64,000 nt of DNA from an uncultured Spirochaetota bacterium (GTDB lineage: Bacteria > Spirochaetota > Spirochaetia > SZUA-6 > Fen-1364): assembly GCA_963845535.1 (NCBI GenBank), contig CAWJSK010000012.1:672001-736000 (forward strand), given 5' to 3'. Positions 58,605-64,000 of this stretch are shown here, one piece after another. Below the pieces are notes generated by a model, which worked only from the letters and a program-made list of their open reading frames with translations, was not told the origin of the DNA and searched no databases. The position numbers and the translations under genes are program-made. The stretch's first letter is position 1. The number at the start of each line of letters is the position of its first letter.

Positions 58605-59727
58605 TCACGGTCCCGCCGCCGGGCCGCGCGTGCGCCTCCACCTGCCCGCCGCTCTGATGGACAATCCCGAAGACGGTTGCAAGCTCGAGGCCTGCGCCCA
58701 CGACACCCGCGCGGCTCGCGAAATACGGCTCGAACGCGCGTGAGCACGCAGCGGGGCTCATCCCGCACCCCGTGTCGCTGACTGACAGCACCACCCTCTC
58801 GGCCGACGTGCTCGCCTCCACGTCGAGAGAACCGCCCGAAGGCATGGCTTCCCGGGCGTTCAGAGCCATTGCAAGGATCGCCTCTTCCAGATGCGCGGGA
58901 TCAGCAGAGACGTACGCCGCGCTCGGGTCCAGCCGCAGCGCGACTCTTGTACCGCGGCCCATGAGGTCCTGAAGCCGGCCCCGCATCCCCTCCACCAGAG
59001 CGTTCAGGTCGACGCGTTTCATGACCCGCTGCCGGCGCCCGCTGAAGGTCAGCAGCTTATAGACGATCCGCGCGGCCCGCTCCGCCGCCTGATCGATTTC
59101 CCGCACGGCATGCCGGTCATCCGCGGCGAGCTGCCGCGACTCCAGCAACTGCGCGTTCCCGATGATCGCGGTGAGCAGGTTGTTGAAGTCGTGGGCAACC
59201 CCGCCGGCCAGACGGGCCACTGCCTCCTGCGTCCGAGATCGCTCCGCCAGCTCCGTCAGCTCTGCTTGCTCCGTGAGCCGCGTCGGCCGCGCGGCCGCCC
59301 GGTCCACGGATTCCCGAAGCGGGCTGACGGTGAGCTGAACCGTTTGCGGTGCCTCCCACTCCGCGCGCGCCAGGCTCGCGTGAGAGTCGAACAGGACGCC
59401 GTCGAAACATCGCAGGCGCACTTCGAAGGCCTGGGGCCAGCCCTCGCGGGCGGCCTGGGCGCGCCAGGCCATCTCGAGCCGTGAATCACTCCCGTCGGGC
59501 TGGCGGGCGGGAAGGATCTGGTTCAGGAGAGCGCCGGCAGACGGATCAGCGCTTCGAAAGAGCGCGGCAGCCGCAGGGTTGAACCTCACCGATCCCTGCG
59601 GACCGATAAGAACAATCGGCTGGAGCGCTGATTCGAACATCGATCGATATTTCGCGCGCGGGCCTCTCCGTGCGCGTCCTGATGCGTCCGCATGACGAGC
59701 ACTCCCCACCCGGTGCCCCAACCTCAC
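58579..59727 (-). CDS. Soluble PAS-histidine kinase without a receiver domain
   Basis: AGGVAHDFNN, NAREAMP, DTGCGM, degenerate GAGLEL. Its GTG overlaps the corrected MCP stop. Confidence 0.8.
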   Translation of the reverse strand: MRLGHRVGSARHADASGRARRGPRAKYRSMFESALQPIVLIGPQGSVRFNPAAAALFRSADPSAGALLNQILPARQPDGSDSRLEMAWRAQAAREGWPQAFEVRLRCFDGVLFDSHASLARAEWEAPQTVQLTVSPLRESVDRAAARPTRLTEQAELTELAERSRTQEAVARLAGGVAHDFNNLLTAIIGNAQLLESRQLAADDRHAVREIDQAAERAARIVYKLLTFSGRRQRVMKRVDLNALVEGMRGRLQDLMGRGTRVALRLDPSAAYVSADPAHLEEAILAMALNAREAMPSGGSLDVEASTSAERVVLSVSDTGCGMSPAACSRAFEPYFASRAGVVGAGLELATVFGIVHQSGGQVEAHARPGGGTVITISLPRA

Positions 59728-61931
59728 CTGACCAGCTCCAGCTTCTTCACTTTGCCATCGCCGTTACTGTTCCCGCTGTGGCCGTTGCCGCTAGTTGCCA
59801 TTGCCGTTCGCCCCGTGGCCGTTGCCGTTCCCTTCTATCTGGACTTTCACGATGTGGGGCGTCGGCGCGCCGGGAAGGGCGACCCCGTTGTCACCGTCGG
59901 CCTTGATCTTGAATTGCGCGGTCATGCGCTGCAGCTCCTGCGCCATGCTGGAAAGCTGCTCGGTGGAGGAGGACATCTCTTCCGCTGATGATGCCGCCGA
60001 CTGTGTCAGCTCGTTCACGCTCTCGACGGCCTTGGACACCTGCTTCGAGTTCGCGCTCTGCTGTTCGGTGGCGGCTGAGATGCTCTGGCTCATCTCGCTG
60101 ACGTTCTCCAGCGCCTTGGCCAGCTCCTTGATGGCGCCAACCTGCTGCTGCATGCTGTCGGTGAGCTCGGCAATCATGTCCTTCACCTTTTGAGAAGCGC
60201 CGCGGATCTGCTCCATGGCGCCCTGGGAGCCGTTGGCAATCTCCACGCCCCTGGTCACGTTCTTTACGCTTTCCCTGATGAGCCCTTCTATCTCCTTGGT
60301 TGAAGAAGAGGACCGGTCCGCCAGCTTGCTCACCTCGTCTGCAACCACCGCGAACCCGCGACCGTGCTCCCCTGCCCTCGCCGCCTCGATGGAAGCGTTC
60401 AACGCCAGGAGGTTCGTCTGGTCGGCGATATCGGAGATGACGTTTATGATCCCGCCGATCTTCTCGGAGCTTTCGGCGATCAGCGTGATCCCCCGCACCA
60501 CTTCCGTGACGGCCCGCGCCCCTTCCTGTGCATTCTCCACGGACTTCGCCGCAAGCCCCGAGATCTCGGTGAGACTGTGTGAGATGTCGTCAATGGACTT
60601 CTGCACCTGCGCCATGGAGCTTGCTCCCTGCTCCACCGCCGCCGCCTGCGACTGTGCGTTCTCACTGACCTGGTCAACGGAGGCGGACAGCTCTTCCACG
60701 GAAGCTGATGTCTCCTCGAGCGTCGAGGCCTGGCTCTGCGCCCCTTCGGCAAGGGACATGGAGCTGGCGGAGATCTCCTCGCTGGAGGCTGCCACTTGCT
60801 CTGCGCTTTCCTGGATGGTGGCAACCATGCCTCTCAGTCTCACCGACATGGAGTTGAGCGCATCGGCGAGCTTCCCCACTTCGTCGCGCTGATGGATGGG
60901 GAGCTGTTGAGTGAAATCCCCCCCGGCTACAAGCTGCGCGAACTCGACCCCGCGGCGTATGGGGATTCGTGATGCCGCGCGAAAACAGCAGGAAGACAAG
61001 GAAAGCGAGAATGACCGCCGCCAAACCCGACGAGCATGACGAGGTTTCGCACCTCGTAGATCGTTCCGAGGTACTCGGCGTCCGGAAGCGTAAAGCCGAC
61101 GCTCCATCCCGTGGAAGCCACGGGCGCGTACCCTGCGGTCTTCGCCACTCCCTGGAACACGTAGTGATCGACCCCGGCTTCTCCGTTGACCATCTTGGCG
61201 GCAAAGCCTTCCGAGCCTTTCTGTTCGAGCAGGTTCATCTTGAGGATATTCTCCGCGTTCGGATGCGCGATGATGATGCCGGAACGGTCAACCACATAGG
61301 CATACCCGGTCTTTCCGATCGTCTCCTTGACGATCATGTCGTTCAGGAAGCCGATGTCCACGATCAACGTGGCCACGCCGACGACCCGATCCCCATCCTT
61401 CACGGGCATGGCCACGGGAGACACAGGTTTGCCGGAAACCTTGCTTTGTACCACCATTCCAATGCTGGGTTTTCCTGCCAGCCCGTCTTTCACGTACTGC
61501 CTCTCGCGCAGATCGAGCCCGACGTCGCTGTTGTCGGAGCTGGTGATGACCAATCCGCTCGAGCCGACGAGGGTGACCCTTTCATAGGCCCCGCCCAACT
61601 GCGGGTTGTCGTGGAACGTCGAAAGCTTGCGAAAAGCCGCCGCGAGCTCCTTCTGTGACTTTGCCGCGCCTTTGTCTGCTTCTGCCGCGGCCGCCGCCAC
61701 GATGGTCGGGTCAGTTGCAAGGCTCAGGGCAATGCGGCTTTCCTCGGCGAAGACCCTGTCGACCACCTGGGCGGTATCCTTGGCCCGTGCTCCAAGCTGT
61801 TCACGTTCGATTGCCGTGAGCCCTGTCGTGGAACGGGCGACGCTGAAGAACGCCACGATCAGCAGAGGGATGATCATGATGATCGTTCCGACCGTAATGA
61901 GCTTGGCCCCGATTCGAATGTTCTTTAGCAT
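59724..61931 (-). CDS. Methyl-accepting chemotaxis protein (Cache-HAMP-MA), with frameshifts near 61025, 60962 and 59793
   Basis: GGAGG RBS; TM-Cache-[46 protein letters not shown]; corrected tail [21 protein letters not shown]. Confidence 0.9.
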
Positions 61932-61973
61932 CTGTTGCCTCCTAGCCACGCCTGCTCGCGGCTAAGGACAGAA

Positions 61974-61989
61974 TGCAAGTGGCAGGCCA
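61974..61989 (-). promoter_or_regulatory. sigma54 -24/-12 promoter of the MCP gene
   Basis: Minus strand TGGCCT-GCCAC-TTGCA (GG-N10-GC). Confidence 0.75.
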
Positions 61990-62103
61990 AACAGGGGTTC
62001 AGCCAACAAGAATTATCAGAACTCCTAATTGTTTTTTCACAAAGAGAATAGAGCGTGCACTTCAAAGAGGCGCGGCGCTGTTGCTTTGGAAGCCAACGCT
62101 GTT

Positions 62104-62143
62104 CGGTGTTGTAGAACTATGACACCGTTGCAAAAAGACTACG
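62104..62143. promoter_or_regulatory. Candidate UAS palindrome(s)
   Basis: CGGTGTTGTAGAACTATGACACCG dyad plus an adjacent weaker CGTTG-N8-CTACG, about 115-155 bp upstream of the -24 box. Confidence 0.55.
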
Positions 62144-62148
62144 CTTTT

Positions 62149-63552
62149 TCAATCCGGGGTTTCCCTGCTCAGGCCGTGCTTTTTCAGCTTTTCGTAAAGG
62201 TTCGGCCTGGGAATTTCGGATATCCGAGCCGCCTGTGAGATGTTTCCGCCCGCCTGCGCCAGAAGAGCTTTCAAATATTCGCGCTCGAAATCGTCCTTGG
62301 CGGCTGCAAACGGCTTGACCAGGCTGTCCGCCAGGGGGCCAGGGCTGGCGGGAAGGTCCCGCAGGTTGGCCGGCAGGTCCTTCGGGAGTAGCTCGGTCCC
62401 CTCGGTGACGGCCACGGCGCGCTCCACCACGTTCTCGAGCTCTCGGATGTTGCCGTCCCATCTGTAGCGAAGGAACGCGTTCATAACCTCAGAAGAAATC
62501 CCTTTCACGTCCTTCTGGAACTCCAGCGCGTAACGGCGAAGGAAGTGATACGCCAGGAGCGACACGTCTTCCGTGCGTTCTCGAAGCGGCGGCACGTGGA
62601 CCGTGATGACGTTGATACGATAGTACAGGTCTTTGCGGAATCTGCCTTCCTGGACTTCCTGCTCCAATTCCCGGTTGGTGGATGCAATGACGCGCACGTC
62701 GTTCGCGATGTCCTCCGTGCCGCCCAGGCGCTGGAAACTGTGCTCCTGCAGGACGCGGAGCAGCTTCACCTGCAGCTCCCCGGACATCTCGCTGATCTCA
62801 TCGAGGAAGATCGTGCCGCCGTCCGCGGCTTCGAAATAGCCGATCTTGCGGCTGTCAGCGCCCGTGAACGCGCCGCGCTCGTAGCCGAACAGCTCGCTTT
62901 CAAGCAGGTTCACCGGGATCACCCCGCAGTTGATGCCGACGAACCTTTTCCCGGCCCTCGGGCTCTTCTCGTGGATGGACCTGGCCAGGAGCTCCTTGCC
63001 CGTCCCGCTTTCCCCCTGCAGCAGCACGGTGCTTCGAAGCGGCGCCACCTTCTCCACGAGCTGGAAGATGTCGAGCATCTTCTTGCTCCTGGCAATGATG
63101 GCCCCGCCGCCGCCCGAAAGGGCAAGGGACTCCCGCAGCGCGTTGTATTCACGCTTGAGCCTGCGGTACTCGAGGATCCTCTTGATGATCAACCCGAAAG
63201 CTTCGAGCTGCAGGGGCTTCAGCATGTACTCCTCAGCCCCGAGCTTCATTGCCTCCACGGCGGTCTTCACCGCGCCGTAGGCCGTCAGGATGATGACGGA
63301 TGCGCTCTCATCGATCTTCCTGATCTCCTGCAGCACGCTGAGCCCGTCCATCTCCGGCATCTTCAGGTCGAGCACGATCAGGTCGTAGCTTGTTTTCTGC
63401 GCGAGCGTTATGGCCGTTGACCCGCGGGTTGTGGCGTCGACGGCGCACCCCATGCGCTGGAGAAACATCGAAAGCACGTCGAGGATGGCTTTCTCATCAT
63501 CGACGATGAGGACCCGGCAGACAAGCTCGGCTGCAGCGGGAGTGCCGCTCAT
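62149..63552 (-). CDS. sigma54-dependent response regulator
   Basis: Receiver VLIVDDE; GESGTGKE, GAFTGA, FRKDLYYRINV; HTH. Start 63552 is supported by a promoter 7 nt upstream. Confidence 0.93.
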   Translation of the reverse strand: MSGTPAAAELVCRVLIVDDEKAILDVLSMFLQRMGCAVDATTRGSTAITLAQKTSYDLIVLDLKMPEMDGLSVLQEIRKIDESASVIILTAYGAVKTAVEAMKLGAEEYMLKPLQLEAFGLIIKRILEYRRLKREYNALRESLALSGGGGAIIARSKKMLDIFQLVEKVAPLRSTVLLQGESGTGKELLARSIHEKSPRAGKRFVGINCGVIPVNLLESELFGYERGAFTGADSRKIGYFEAADGGTIFLDEISEMSGELQVKLLRVLQEHSFQRLGGTEDIANDVRVIASTNRELEQEVQEGRFRKDLYYRINVITVHVPPLRERTEDVSLLAYHFLRRYALEFQKDVKGISSEVMNAFLRYRWDGNIRELENVVERAVAVTEGTELLPKDLPANLRDLPASPGPLADSLVKPFAAAKDDFEREYLKALLAQAGGNISQAARISEIPRPNLYEKLKKHGLSRETPD

Positions 63553-63642
63553 TTCTTCCACAGTAATCCATCCTCGGCGCGCGCGCAAGAACTGCGCGGC
63601 GCCTTGCAATTCCCGCGCTGAATGGGCATCCTGGGCGGACAC

Positions 63643-64000
63643 ATGACAGCCCTCGCGCCAACTACCGGGAACCAGAGAGGCAAGGCGCTTCTCGCCCTGA
63701 CCGCGTGCGCGCTCCTCTGGAGCACCGGGGGCCTCCTCATCAAAATCGTTGACTGGAACCCGTTCGCCATCGCCGGGACGCGCAGCCTGATTGGCGGCCT
63801 CCTCATCCTTGCCGTGATCCGGCGGCCCCGGTTCACGTGGTCTTTCGCGCAGGTCGCCGGCGCCGTCACGTACGCCGGCTGCATGGTGTGCTTTGTGGCC
63901 GCCAACAAGCTGACCACCGCGGCAAACGCCATCCTGCTCCAATACACCGCCCCTCTGTACGCCGCGATCCTTGGCTGGGTTTTCCTCCGGGAGAAGGCCA
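63643..64000 (+). CDS. DMT (EamA) family transporter, truncated by the window end
   Basis: MTALAP..ALLWSTGGLLIK..ANKLTTAANAILLQYTAPLY..FLREK; not in the ORF track because it has no stop. Confidence 0.85.
   Translation, partial: MTALAPTTGNQRGKALLALTACALLWSTGGLLIKIVDWNPFAIAGTRSLIGGLLILAVIRRPRFTWSFAQVAGAVTYAGCMVCFVAANKLTTAANAILLQYTAPLYAAILGWVFLREKA

Noticed and set aside
63553..63942. N-terminal extension of the sigma54 regulator
   Set aside because: It is the antisense of the EamA gene starting at 63643.

Overview
High-GC bacterial chromosomal segment, probably from a free-living Spirochaetota (inferred from the 'AFAGGAKE'-type ABC binding-protein N-terminus, the many lipoproteins and the spirochaete-style M23 and FecR proteins). 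It holds about 57 genes. The main blocks are an NHL-repeat protein, a TPR/transglutaminase protein and a PAS hybrid kinase; a MocR-EamA-B3/B4-MATE module; a sugar locus (GH172, ADP-ribosylglycohydrolase, YesMN-like two-component system, ABC transporter, DUF4432, fucose/arabinose-type isomerase); a decayed ars operon beside a CGNR regulator with tandem TAAC-N20-GTTA boxes; acs; a BmrR-like regulator whose operator drives a lipoprotein hydrolase; a FecR/lipoprotein cluster; a Fic gene with a palindromic operator; gcvTHPAPB under a tandem glycine riboswitch; a sigma54 two-component system with a YG/MMG-repeat exported partner; osmC/ybaK/ribA/dapL/bstA; and a sigma54-driven chemoreceptor. Several genes carry single-base frameshifts, often in homopolymers, which are most likely assembly errors. 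Several genes appear to be leaderless. No tRNA, rRNA, CRISPR array or transposase was seen. Family assignments come from motif recognition, not database searches.
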